NCBI GenBank assembly: GCA_964291405.2
Contig: OZ219926.1
Coordinates: 1,376,001-1,440,000, forward strand
From: Thermodesulfobacteriota bacterium
GTDB taxonomy: Bacteria; Desulfobacterota; Binatia; Bin18
Direction of reading: 5' to 3'
DNA: 64,000 nucleotides
The notes under the pieces are model-generated. The model was not told the origin of the DNA, made no database searches, and saw only the letters and a list, made by a program, of their open reading frames with translations. Shown in pieces: positions 39,651-49,406 of this stretch; the first letter of the stretch is position 1; every line of letters begins with the position of its first letter. Made by a program: the position numbers and the translations under genes.

Positions 39651-39752
39651 AAAGGAACCCACCCCGGCCCTTCGAGCCACCCCTCCGAGGAGGGGAGCTT
39701 TTTTATCCCCTCTTGGGAGGGGTGCCGCGTGAGCGGCGGGGTGGGTTCCTTT
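39651..39752 (+). repeat. Full-length REP-like palindromic element
   Basis: Terminal inverted repeat AAAGGAACCCACCCCG / CGGGGTGGGTTCCTTT enclosing two CCCCTC..GAGGGG hairpins. Confidence 0.85.
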
Positions 39753-39856
39753 CATTGGCCTGAACGGCGGGTATCGAAACTACGTTGAGTGGTCCATGGC
39801 ACATAGATATCAGGAGAGAAGGACTCTTACGCTGTTGACCTTCCCCCGGTAAACGC

Positions 39857-40513
39857 TCAATCTTTCGCTGGCGGTGAGTCCAGAGCGAAGGTCACCACAG
39901 GTAAAACGGCGATAATCAACAGCACAATAAACGAGGGGTTGGACCACTCCATACCCATGGGCCGATAGACCTGGCCGGTTATCGCCGTATTGCCAAAATA
40001 GAGCAACAGAATGAGCCAGCCGCAGCGGCTCCAGAGCCGCATGTTGACCACTGGGTGGGCGGGCGGCGGTGCCGGAGCTGTCATGCCCAATAGCGCCTTC
40101 CAGCGCTGAATATCCCAGAGGATTAACGCCAGCAGCCCCAAACTCATCATGGTGACGACGATAGCGGTGGGCACCACCCCTGTACTCCAGCAAAACACAA
40201 GAATTGCCACAAGAATAGGAGCGACAAGCGCCGCCCCCAAAGTCGCGTGGCGCTGCGTTATCAGCAACACGGCGGCCGTGAGCTGCAGTGCCCCTACAAA
40301 TTGATAGAACCGGCCGGTAGCATGAAAGGCATGCAGGAACTCGTGAAAAACCCCCGTGTTCGCCGGATCGGTAAACGGCTGTCCCAGCAGCTTCTTGAGC
40401 CCTGCGGGAATGAAGGCAAAACCGATCATCATGCGCAATACAATGGTACTGATGTAGATCCCCCGGCATTCATGCGCTCGAGCGATTCGCTCTTCAAGCC
40501 ATGTTAATGTCAT
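39857..40513 (-). CDS. DoxX family membrane protein
   Basis: LR..IGFAFIPAGL.K, TG.FYQFVG..Q, several TM helices. Confidence 0.75.
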   Translation of the reverse strand: MTLTWLEERIARAHECRGIYISTIVLRMMIGFAFIPAGLKKLLGQPFTDPANTGVFHEFLHAFHATGRFYQFVGALQLTAAVLLITQRHATLGAALVAPILVAILVFCWSTGVVPTAIVVTMMSLGLLALILWDIQRWKALLGMTAPAPPPAHPVVNMRLWSRCGWLILLLYFGNTAITGQVYRPMGMEWSNPSFIVLLIIAVLPVVTFALDSPPAKD

Positions 40514-40753
40514 GCTCCGGCCTCAACAATGATACAGTCTATGGCGATCTTCTAAACTGCTTGGGCGCGGGCGACCAGCCCCCCTGCCTCGCTGTGGAGT
40601 AGTGCTTCAACAGGTGCTTTCGATGCTTATACTGACTTGTGGTGCGAGAACTCATGCCTCCGTTATGACATGATGGAGTGACAGATTTGCCAGGATCACG
40701 ATAACTTGACAATACCTCAGTGACCCTTGAATCGTATTCTCTTGGGGAGTGCT

Positions 40754-41176
40754 ATGGGATCAGTAGAGAGTCCGCCCGCTCCGGGCAGAATTAATATGAT
40801 TACACTCCATACAGATCAGTATGCGGACATGCGCCGGTTTTATTCCAAACAATTAGGCATGACGGTCGTGTCTGAAATCGGAGAATTTGTAGAGTTTGCC
40901 TCAGAAGGTATTCGGCTCACGCTGACTAGTCGGGCCGGCCTCAATACCTCCGTTCCATCCGCGAGTCTTGTCAAGCCGCGCTCCGGGTCTGCTGTTGGTA
41001 TTGGGTTTTACTATCAAACAGCAGAAGAGGTAGACCAAGCGTACGAATGCTACATGTCTCAAGGTGTCTCTTTCGTTGCTGCACCAAAGCAGCAAGAGTG
41101 GGGCGAATATACCGCGTTCTTTACCGACCCCGATGGTAATGTCCACGAACTCGTCGCGGTCGTGCAAAGCGCATAG
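40754..41176 (+). CDS. VOC/glyoxalase family protein
   Basis: RFY...LG, P.QQEWG...FFTDPDGNVHEL. Confidence 0.88.
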   Translation: MGSVESPPAPGRINMITLHTDQYADMRRFYSKQLGMTVVSEIGEFVEFASEGIRLTLTSRAGLNTSVPSASLVKPRSGSAVGIGFYYQTAEEVDQAYECYMSQGVSFVAAPKQQEWGEYTAFFTDPDGNVHELVAVVQSA

Positions 41177-41316
41177 TCGTTTCCCACTTCTGACCGTTCA
41201 GTCTCGTGACGCCCTAAACTTGACTTGCGAACACGGACAAATCGGTATCTACTATGGGCCGGAAGAGCGGAGCGCGCAAATCGTTCCATGTCAGAGAGCG
41301 TCAGGGAGGTACCGCC

Positions 41317-42573
41317 ATGAGCCTTTCACCTATGGGAAACTCTCACGTTGACTTCAACTGGCCGACAGCCGGTATGACCTCGGTCCCGTATCAAATCTTT
41401 TGTGACCCCGCGGTCTATCGCCTCGAACAGGAACGCATCTTCAGAGGTCCCACCTGGAGTTATGTCGGACTCGAAGCCGAGGTCGCCAGCCCTGGGGACT
41501 TCAAGTCCACGTTCGTTGGCGACACGCCGATTGTGGTATCGCGTGACAAAGAGGGCGCTCTGCACGCCTTTGTCAATCGCTGCGCGCATCGGGGAGCCAT
41601 GGTCTGCCGCGAGTCTCGTGGCAATAAGGCCAGCCATACCTGCATTTACCATCAGTGGAGTTATAACCAGAAAGGCGACCTGATTGGGGTGCCGTTCCGT
41701 AAGGGGATTAATCAACAGGGCGGCTACCCGGCCGACTTTGATCCGGCACAGCATTCACTCCAGAAACTCCAGGTCGATACCTACAAAGGTCTGGTCTTCG
41801 CGTCGTTCTCTGCTGAGGTCGAGCCTCTCTTCGACTATCTCGGTCCGGCCATGCGTCCGTGGCTCGACCGGGTTTTCAGTCGGCCCGTGCAAGTCCTGGG
41901 CTATACCCGGCAATTCACCCATGCCAACTGGAAACTCTATTCAGAGAATGTGAAAGATCCCTATCATGCCAGTCTGCTTCATCTCTTCCTGACCACTTTT
42001 GGCCTGTACCGTTCCTCCCAAGGCGGAGGCATCACCATGGATGAGACCGGCCGACACAGCATAGTGCGCGCCTACCGGAAGACAGAGCAAGAGGAGACCG
42101 CGGCGTATAAAGGCAAGAATATGCATAGCTATCAAAAAGACTATGCCCTGGCCGATTCTTCTCTGCTCGCCTCGCGTCAGGAATTTGATACCGACTTGAA
42201 TGTCCAAATCCAGACGATCTTCCCGAGCCTGGTTGTCCAGCAGATTCAAAACACCCTTGCCACCCGACAAATTTTGCCCAAGGGACCGGACCGGTTTGAG
42301 CTCGTGTTTACCTTCTTTGGTTTTAAGGATGATGACGAGGAGATGCAGCGCATCCGTATCAAACAGGCCAATTTAGCCGGACCGGCCGGCTATGTCTCAA
42401 TGGAAGACGGCTACGCCACGGAGTTGGTACAGCAGGCGATTGGAAGAGAACAGGGCGAATGCTCAATGATCGAATTGGGTGGTATCGGGACAGAGGACCA
42501 GGAAAACCTCATAACCGAGACGGCTCTGCGTGGCTATTGGAATTACTACCACGACGTGATGGGTTTTTCCTAA
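41317..42573 (+). CDS. Rieske aromatic ring-hydroxylating oxygenase alpha subunit (NagG/AndAc/TphA2-like group)
   Basis: NRCAHRG...CIYHQW Rieske motif; NWKLYSENVKDPYHASLLH; SMEDG. Confidence 0.92.
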   Translation: MSLSPMGNSHVDFNWPTAGMTSVPYQIFCDPAVYRLEQERIFRGPTWSYVGLEAEVASPGDFKSTFVGDTPIVVSRDKEGALHAFVNRCAHRGAMVCRESRGNKASHTCIYHQWSYNQKGDLIGVPFRKGINQQGGYPADFDPAQHSLQKLQVDTYKGLVFASFSAEVEPLFDYLGPAMRPWLDRVFSRPVQVLGYTRQFTHANWKLYSENVKDPYHASLLHLFLTTFGLYRSSQGGGITMDETGRHSIVRAYRKTEQEETAAYKGKNMHSYQKDYALADSSLLASRQEFDTDLNVQIQTIFPSLVVQQIQNTLATRQILPKGPDRFELVFTFFGFKDDDEEMQRIRIKQANLAGPAGYVSMEDGYATELVQQAIGREQGECSMIELGGIGTEDQENLITETALRGYWNYYHDVMGFS

Positions 42574-42602
42574 AACGTCACCCACGTAAGACAGCCGCAC
42601 GG

Positions 42603-42686
42603 TTTATTCAGAATCATCCGTTTTGCTTGACACGCCTGTTTCAAAATGGCCGTTTTATATCCGATAACATCCTATCTGTTAAACTT
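42603..42686 (+). repeat. Direct repeat copy 1 with dif-like core
   Basis: First 50 nt are 47/50 identical to 44618-44667; core ATATCCGATAA-CATCCT-ATCTGTTAAAC at 42657-42684. Confidence 0.8.
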
Positions 42687-42855
42687 CTGATAACGCCATT
42701 AAAAGCGCCTCATTACCGCTGCCTCTCGTTACACGCCTGGCGTTGCGTCCTGCGCTTTTGGAGTTCCGCTCTTGGTTCGCGCCTGATATCCTCAGCCGAG
42801 AACTTTTCCAAGCAGCTGCAGGTCGCCCGAGCGACCAACCGCGAAAGGAACGAGC

Positions 42856-43074
42856 ATGTCTGCGACCGAAATCATCTTTGAAATCACCGAAGACGAGTTG
42901 GACGGCGGATATTGTGCCAGCGCGCTGGGATATGGAATACACACCCAGGGCGACTCACTCGAAGAAATCCGCCGTAATGTCAAGGAAGCCGTTGACTGCT
43001 ATTTCGACGACACCATGCCACGGCCCAAGGTGATTCGCCTCCATTTCGTACGCGACGAGCTTCTGGTGGCATGA
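42856..43074 (+). CDS. hicB: HicB-like antitoxin
   Basis: EIIF.I.ED..GGY.A.ALG..IHTQGD..EE.R.NVKEAV.CYF; ATGA overlap with hicA. Confidence 0.8.
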   Translation: MSATEIIFEITEDELDGGYCASALGYGIHTQGDSLEEIRRNVKEAVDCYFDDTMPRPKVIRLHFVRDELLVA

Positions 43075-43313
43075 AGTTGCCCCGCAACGTCACCGGTGCG
43101 GCCCTGCAAAAGTCGCTTCGCCGTCTGGGCTACGAGGCCACACGGCAACGGGGTTCCCACGTGCGCATGACAACGCAGGTCAACGGTGAACACCATGAAG
43201 TGATTCCTCAGCACAATCCAATCAGGGTGAAGACCTTGTCGAGCCTCCTGAAAAACATCGCCCAGCACCACAAAATGAGTGTAGAAGAACTCCTGCGTGA
43301 ACTCGATCTGTGA
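43071..43313 (+). CDS. hicA: HicA toxin (mRNA interferase)
   Basis: MKLPR, LGYE..RQRGSH, IPQH.P....TL..LL. Confidence 0.9.
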   Translation: MKLPRNVTGAALQKSLRRLGYEATRQRGSHVRMTTQVNGEHHEVIPQHNPIRVKTLSSLLKNIAQHHKMSVEELLRELDL

Positions 43314-43323
43314 AGCCACGATA

Positions 43324-43443
43324 CAGCCCCTGCCCGCGCTGGCGGAAATCCGGGCGGATATTTTGGCACTGGAGCAAGAGACCGAGAGGTTGTTGGGCGA
43401 GATCATTTTCGAGGTCACAGAGGCCGTGGGTGTTGCCCATTAG
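43324..43443 (+). pseudogene. Type I restriction-modification HsdM C-terminal stub fused to a HicB-like stub
   Basis: PL..LAEIRADILALEQETERLLGEII followed by FEVTEA. Confidence 0.6.
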
Positions 43444-43491
43444 TCACCGAGACCCCATGCTGTGTTGCACAGAAATTGTGAGGCTGTGCCC

Positions 43492-43833
43492 ATGAAGAAC
43501 ATCACCGTGTCCGTTGACGAAGAAACCCATCGGCTCGCCCGTATCCGGGCGGCGGAGTTGGACACTTCGGTGTCGGCCCTGGTGCGGAACTACCTGAGAG
43601 GCCTGGTGAGCGGATCGAGAGGAGACCCCACGTCCACATTGCAAGGTGGGGAAACAGAGGTCGAACGCTGGCGGAGGAGGTTGCGCGAGGTCATTGCGGA
43701 CATTCGCGCCGCTTCGAGCGGATTCAGGGCCGCCGACAACCTGCCCCGCGAAGAACTGTACGACCGGGCCAGAGCCAGGGCGGAAGCGCAGGCAGCGGCC
43801 GCCGCCGAAGACGAGACCCGCAAACGTGGGTGA
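43492..43833 (+). CDS. Ribbon-helix-helix (CopG/DUF6364-like) antitoxin
   Basis: MKNITVSVD...ARIRAAE..TSVSALVR.YL...L.REELYDR. Confidence 0.8.
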   Translation: MKNITVSVDEETHRLARIRAAELDTSVSALVRNYLRGLVSGSRGDPTSTLQGGETEVERWRRRLREVIADIRAASSGFRAADNLPREELYDRARARAEAQAAAAAEDETRKRG

Positions 43834-43859
43834 GCGCTGTGCGCCTTGTCGATACGAAT
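43830..43859 (+). pseudogene. PIN (VapC) toxin N-terminal stub
   Basis: GTGA overlap with the antitoxin stop; MSAVRLVDTN, then similarity ends. Confidence 0.55.
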
Positions 43860-43901
43860 TCGCGGCGGTATGGTGTACTGGTCCGGTAGGAGTATCCTGA
43901 G

Positions 43902-44459
43902 ATGACCCTTCTTGTCGTCGGCCTTGTTCTGTTTATCGGGGTCCACTTGATACCGAGCGTCGTGCCCCTGCGCGCCGCGCTGATCGCCCGCCTCGGCCTA
44001 AAACCCTACCGCGGCCTGTTTTCGCTCGTCGCGTTGGCAGGTCTGGTACTCGTGGTATATGGGTTCGCCTGTGCGCCCTTCGAACCGTTGTACGCGCCCC
44101 CAGCCTGGGGCCGCCAAGTGGCGATGGTCACGGTGCCCGTCGCGCTTGTGCTGTTCGTGGCGGCCAACATGCCAACTCATATACGCGCCGTGCTCAGGCA
44201 TCCGATGCTGCTCGGGGTACTGCTGTGGGCAACCGCCCACCTACTCTCCAACGGTGACCTCCGCTCGGTCATGCTGTTCGGCAGTTTCGCGGGCTTTGCG
44301 GTATTCGACCTCGTCAGCGTCGAGGTACGCGGCAAGCGACCATCGACCGACAAGGCGCCGCGCCTCGCGATGGACGGGGCAGCCATCGTCACGGGTCTCG
44401 TCGCCGCCGTCCTGCTCACGGTCTTCCATGCCACCCTCTTTGGCGTGCCGGCGATCTAG
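43902..44459 (+). CDS. nnrU: NnrU family membrane protein
   Basis: GLVLF.GVH, LRHPML.GV.LWA.AHLL.NGD..SV.LFG.F. Confidence 0.9.
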   Translation: MTLLVVGLVLFIGVHLIPSVVPLRAALIARLGLKPYRGLFSLVALAGLVLVVYGFACAPFEPLYAPPAWGRQVAMVTVPVALVLFVAANMPTHIRAVLRHPMLLGVLLWATAHLLSNGDLRSVMLFGSFAGFAVFDLVSVEVRGKRPSTDKAPRLAMDGAAIVTGLVAAVLLTVFHATLFGVPAI

Positions 44460-44617
44460 AAAGTCGCCCCAAAAGCGGCGTAACGCTGCGCCCACCACAC
44501 CAAGTAAGATAAACTTTCCTCGGCTTAGGGCACCCGGCGCCGGATGAGGACAGGACAAGATTTTGAAGAGTAACAGCTCGTTGAGGATTGTTCGGCTACT
44601 CGGTCGAGTAGCCGCGA

Positions 44618-44702
44618 TTTATTCAGAATCATCCGTTTTACTTTACACGCCTGTTTCAAAACGGCCGGAACTGCGTCAGATAAGGTGTTATCTGTTAAAC
44701 TT
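44618..44702 (+). repeat. Direct repeat copy 2 with dif-like core
   Basis: Core GCGTCAGATAA-GGTGTT-ATCTGTTAAAC at 44673-44700. Confidence 0.8.
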
Positions 44703-44724
44703 GCGCGGGCTGGCTCCTCCGCTC

Positions 44725-44919
44725 TTATGAAGAGTTCCTAGTGAATATCCACTTCAAGTTCAGCACACCAATCGCCCCGGCGACCGCCCACAGCAGCATG
44801 CCCAACAGCGGATTGAACGCCAGCCCCACCCCCAGCCCCAGGTAGAAGACCACCACCGCCAGCAGGAACACCCCCACGTGGCCCACTATCCGGAGGGCCG
44901 TGAGCATAGAAGTCATCAT
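44725..44919 (-). CDS. Small two-helix membrane protein
   Basis: GGAGG RBS; two hydrophobic helices. Confidence 0.6.
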   Translation of the reverse strand: MMTSMLTALRIVGHVGVFLLAVVVFYLGLGVGLAFNPLLGMLLWAVAGAIGVLNLKWIFTRNSS

Positions 44920-45054
44920 GCCAGTATCCTCCTGCGCTGCACCGTTGTCACGAACCATGAACGTCCGCGCCGACTGATAGCGTCTTTTCTGTCAAACTTC
45001 AGCCCATTGTGTTGACGTGGACCGCTCCGGTCTTCTGCAGTACATGTAGGCCCC

Positions 45055-45310
45055 GTGAAGATTAACGAACAGCTTCTAATCCGTGTGATGCCAGTGATAC
45101 AAGCCGGACTAGTGGCATCGTTTTTACCCTTGTGATTCTGGTTGCTCTTACGTTCTCGGGACGCATTGACCCCATTGACCTTATTGCGGTCGTGGGGATA
45201 CCGATTGGTCTTTTCCTGCTCGTGTGGATCGTTCTGCTTGTCTGGAGAATTATACAATTCTTGTTTTATCTGGCCTTCGGGCCGTGGCTTGATCAGACTC
45301 CCCGTTCAGC
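45055..45310 (+). pseudogene. Probable frameshifted small membrane protein remnant
   Basis: Hydrophobic reading frame changes near 45128 and continues in ORF 45132; ends are approximate. Confidence 0.35.
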
Positions 45311-45344
45311 AGACTGTGACTATGTCATTCGATCCGGAACTGCT

Positions 45345-47828
45345 CTAGCTCTTCACAACGACCTTTTCGCCGTACACAAATCGGGGTTGGAACCTGTTCA
45401 GGATTGCCGGCAGAACCGTCATTGAGACGAGCAAACACGCTCCCATATTGAGCGACAGCATGGCGCCGAGGTAGAAGTTGGGGCGGAAGCTCGAAGTCAG
45501 AAAGACCAGGAAGCCGCCGATGACGACCACGGCATTAAAAAAGATGGCTTTGCCCGAGGTGGCCATGGTTGCGGCCGTGATGTCTACCGGGTCGGTCAGA
45601 CCGTCCCGGACCTTGACCCGATACTTGTTGAGAAAGTGGATCGTATAATCAATGCCGATGCCAATGACCATGGACGCGGTCAGCGATTTGCCGACCTCCA
45701 GCGGGATGTTGAGCAGCCCCAGCAGACCAAAGCTGAACACCATGACCAGGCTGATCGGAATGACGTTGATCAGGCCCGCGACCCACGAGCGGAACATTAG
45801 GGCGGTCAGCACAAAGACCGCGCCCAGCGAGGTGACCAGACTCGACAGCTGGCCGGACACGACCAATTCGTTCATCCGGTTCAACAGGTAGCCGTTGCCG
45901 GCAATGCCGATCCGAAAACCGCTGTTGGTTTCCCAGCCAAGAACGGTGGGTTGAATACCGGCCAGCCAGCGACCAAAACGGACCATCGGCGCGTCGTGGG
46001 CTGCGGCGTCGGTGTCTCCATTATGGCCGAATTCCTGGATGGCAAAGTCTCGGATCGTCTCGACCACCCGTTCGACATCCCGGGTTCTATCCGACCGCAG
46101 ATACACCGTGACGTTGGCGTGCTGGTAGTCATAGTCGACGATTTCATCAAAGTCGTCGGGATCGCCGGAGAACGAATACAGCAGCAGATACTGGGCGACC
46201 AGGTCCCGCGAGCTGGGGACGACTTCCATCTCTGTGCGGTCCTCGTTCATGACCCGGTTCATGCGTTTGATGTATTCCGCCAGCGACAGCGAGCCGCCAA
46301 CCTGGGGGTCTTGCTCGACCGTGGCTTGGAGGCGGTCGAGCTGGGCCAGCAGCTGCGGGTCTTTGAGGCGGTCCGCCTGCTGGCCCTCGATGGCCACATA
46401 GATGGGCACGGTGCCCTGAAATTTTTCGCGCAAGATGGTGTCGCCGACGCGCAGTTCGTGGCGCGCGTCAAACATGCGAATGACCGACGCATCAACCATG
46501 ATGTGCTGGGCGCCGAACAGGCACAGCCCGACGACGAGTGCCGTCGGGACCCACACCGCCGCCGGACGCCGGGCCACGCCCCGCCCCAGGCGGGACAGCA
46601 GGCTGGCCGCCCAGCCGGTGGCGGCCAGGTCGCCGCTGCGGCTCATCTGCCTGCGCAGGCCACGGCTGACGGTCGGCGGCAGCAGACTCAGCAGGGCCGG
46701 CAGCAGGGTCAGCGAGAAGACCATGGCGGCCAGGATGCCGACCCCGGTAAAGACGCCAAAATAGCGGACCGGGACCATGGCCGAGGTAAGAAAAGATAAG
46801 AAGCCGGCGGCGGTGGTCAGGGAGGTCAAAACGACGGGTTGCCACATCTCGCGCATGGCGGCGAGCACGGCCGCGGACGAGGACGTGTCCGGGTGTTCCA
46901 ACAGTTCGTCGTAATAGCGGCTCAGAATATGAATGCCGTCGGCAACCCCGATCGCCATCAGCACGACCGGCATCATTGAGGTGACGAAGAACATCGGGAG
47001 GCCGGTGGCGGCCAGGATGCCCAGGGTCCAGATCACCGCGGCGACCACGACGGCCAGGGGCAGCAGGACGCCGCGCAGGCTGCGATAGGTACAGTACAGG
47101 GTGGTGACAATCACCACCAGGATCAGGGGCAGGAAGGTCTGCATGTCGCGCCGGCCCTCGCGTTCAAAGTTGACCTCAAGCGCACCGCGGCCGGCCACGT
47201 GGAAGGATTCAGGCACACCGGCCGCTTCTTTTTCCTGAACCATGTCGCGGATCGTGGTATACACCGCTATCCGTTGGGCCGAGCTTTCCTGCGTGCCCTC
47301 CCCCGGCTCCATCTTGGCCATAATCAGCAGCCCGGTGCCGTCCTGTGACACGACCCAATTGACGAACATGCTGTTGGCGAACAGGCTGCGTTTGAGGCTA
47401 GCCAGAGCGGATGGGGTGTGGGGCACGGTTTCCATGAACGGATCGACATTCATGCCGTCGGCCGTGCCGGTGATATTGTCCATGGTCGCGACACTGGCCA
47501 CATCTTCGTCGCGGACCGCCTTGATGCCCGGCAGCAGGGCGATTTTTTCCGAGAACTCTTTGACAATGCCCAGGGTGCGCGGGTTGAAGACGCCGTTTTC
47601 ACCGGGATTGTCGTTGAAGACACCGACCATGATGAGATCGCGTACGCCGAAGCGTTCCTCGACCATCTTGTTATAGTTGATGACCGGATCGTTGGCTGGG
47701 AAATTTGCCTCGACATCGCCCTCAAAGCGCAGGTTTTGCAGGGGGAGTGCGGCCAGAACCGTACTGGCGAGGGCCAGTATGATGACCAGCCATCGAAAAC
47801 GGATGATCAACCGAAAAAATGACTCCAT
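45345..47828 (-). CDS. MMPL/RND family transporter
   Basis: Two repeats; IGVADGIH, TSLTTAAGFLS, GIGIDYTIH, GKAIFFN. Confidence 0.92.
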   Translation of the reverse strand: MESFFRLIIRFRWLVIILALASTVLAALPLQNLRFEGDVEANFPANDPVINYNKMVEERFGVRDLIMVGVFNDNPGENGVFNPRTLGIVKEFSEKIALLPGIKAVRDEDVASVATMDNITGTADGMNVDPFMETVPHTPSALASLKRSLFANSMFVNWVVSQDGTGLLIMAKMEPGEGTQESSAQRIAVYTTIRDMVQEKEAAGVPESFHVAGRGALEVNFEREGRRDMQTFLPLILVVIVTTLYCTYRSLRGVLLPLAVVVAAVIWTLGILAATGLPMFFVTSMMPVVLMAIGVADGIHILSRYYDELLEHPDTSSSAAVLAAMREMWQPVVLTSLTTAAGFLSFLTSAMVPVRYFGVFTGVGILAAMVFSLTLLPALLSLLPPTVSRGLRRQMSRSGDLAATGWAASLLSRLGRGVARRPAAVWVPTALVVGLCLFGAQHIMVDASVIRMFDARHELRVGDTILREKFQGTVPIYVAIEGQQADRLKDPQLLAQLDRLQATVEQDPQVGGSLSLAEYIKRMNRVMNEDRTEMEVVPSSRDLVAQYLLLYSFSGDPDDFDEIVDYDYQHANVTVYLRSDRTRDVERVVETIRDFAIQEFGHNGDTDAAAHDAPMVRFGRWLAGIQPTVLGWETNSGFRIGIAGNGYLLNRMNELVVSGQLSSLVTSLGAVFVLTALMFRSWVAGLINVIPISLVMVFSFGLLGLLNIPLEVGKSLTASMVIGIGIDYTIHFLNKYRVKVRDGLTDPVDITAATMATSGKAIFFNAVVVIGGFLVFLTSSFRPNFYLGAMLSLNMGACLLVSMTVLPAILNRFQPRFVYGEKVVVKS

Positions 47829-47917
47829 GTTTTTCTTCTTTGCAGGTCTGGCAGGCGGCCTGATTCGGAATCACACTAAGTGATACTCGTGTGACGGCGC
47901 AATAACCTGACAGAGTA

Positions 47918-48694
47918 TTAAAAGTCCATCGGCAGCCGTAAATGGTCGCGGTAAATCCGGTCGCGGTGCTCCAATAATTGGGGAGACAGCGCCTCGGCCA
48001 CCACGGGGTCGGCATTCACGAACGAGGCCCGGAAGGCCGCATCCATCGGACACAGATCGAGCGGCAGGGGCTCGACGAGTACGGCGAATGTGGACCAATA
48101 AATGTCCAACGCGGACAGTGTGTCCCCGATCAGATATTGACGACCTTGGGCCTGTTGTTCGGCTAAGCGGGCACTCAGGGTCCGCAGGATCTGGGCGACG
48201 TGCTGAGGAGCGGCTTCGGCGGTGGCCGGGCTATAGCCGTACTTGCCGCCCAGGTAGGACGCCGTCGCTTTGCCCTGCTCGCCCACTTCAGGGTTGGACA
48301 AGAGTCCATGGACGATCATGATACGGCGGGACCAGCCAAAACCGGTCTCCCCGCACAACTCGTTACACAGCCCGAACATGAGAATGCGATCGGTCTCATC
48401 GTCCGGCACGAGCGATGGCTGCGGGGCGAGCCGCTCGACCAGATAGAGTTGTTCATTCCAGGTGGTGCGCGGCCGTTCCTCATTCCAGACGGCGACGGGC
48501 GCGCTGCTCTGACGGGTCCAGTCCTGCAAGGCGGCATCGTGCCCGGCCGCTTTGCCGACCAGCGTAAACGGCAGGTTCTTAACGTGACACATGCCTTTGA
48601 GCCCCTCGGCCCACGGGTTGGGGCGGCCCGGAGGGGCAACAATTCGTAATCCGTCCAGGGTTTTGGCCTGCTCGATGTCGATATAGTCTGCCAT
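47918..48694 (-). CDS. GST-fold protein
   Basis: PW.E..K, SAPV, ERLAP.PSL.P, YLIGD.LSALDIYW. Confidence 0.75.
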   Translation of the reverse strand: MADYIDIEQAKTLDGLRIVAPPGRPNPWAEGLKGMCHVKNLPFTLVGKAAGHDAALQDWTRQSSAPVAVWNEERPRTTWNEQLYLVERLAPQPSLVPDDETDRILMFGLCNELCGETGFGWSRRIMIVHGLLSNPEVGEQGKATASYLGGKYGYSPATAEAAPQHVAQILRTLSARLAEQQAQGRQYLIGDTLSALDIYWSTFAVLVEPLPLDLCPMDAAFRASFVNADPVVAEALSPQLLEHRDRIYRDHLRLPMDF

Positions 48695-48893
48695 GCGGTC
48701 TTCCTCCTCGGTGTTCACACTGTCGAGCCTTTAGAGCAGGAAATGGACGAGAGGACAACTCACCTCTCGGTGTCGGATGACGTTCCACTAACCGACCTGC
48801 GGGATATCACTATCAGTATCACAGTATCATTTGACATCGGCTGCCGCTTCCGGTACGGGAGGTTGGCATCAACGCTGACACTGGAGATACGGA

Positions 48894-49340
48894 ATGAAGC
48901 TTTTTGACACGAACAGTCTCGACTGGATCCATTTCACAGGGGACAACAGGTTCGACTATCCCATCGACTACTGGGCCTCCGTCCTCACGGCGCGGCCGGA
49001 CGGTCACATCGACATCCTGTTTCGCTGGGAGCCCAATTCCTATTGCCACTTTCATCGGCATCTGGTCGACACAACGACGACCGTGCTGCAGGGGGAACAC
49101 CACGTCATCGAGATCGAGCAGGGCAAGGAGATCGAGCACAAGGTCCGTCTTGCCGGTGATTACGCACACAAACCGGCTGGGGACGTTCATATGGAGTATG
49201 CGGGCCCGGCGGGCTCGCTCCTGCTCTTCAATATGTACGCCCCCGATGGCCGGCTCTTCGACATCCTCGACGCGAACGGGAACGTGATCGCTCCCATTTC
49301 GACCGAGGACCTTATGCAACAACAGCGCCTCGCGAGCTAG
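48894..49340 (+). CDS. Cupin (ChrR/DAD-like) protein
   Basis: HFHRH.....VLQGEHH, GDY, GDVHME. Confidence 0.75.
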   Translation: MKLFDTNSLDWIHFTGDNRFDYPIDYWASVLTARPDGHIDILFRWEPNSYCHFHRHLVDTTTTVLQGEHHVIEIEQGKEIEHKVRLAGDYAHKPAGDVHMEYAGPAGSLLLFNMYAPDGRLFDILDANGNVIAPISTEDLMQQQRLAS

Positions 49341-49406
49341 CCATGCGCAGGCTCGCGGATGGAAGGCCACAGCATGTTCCATAACACTGGGCCTTCTACG
49401 CCAAAT

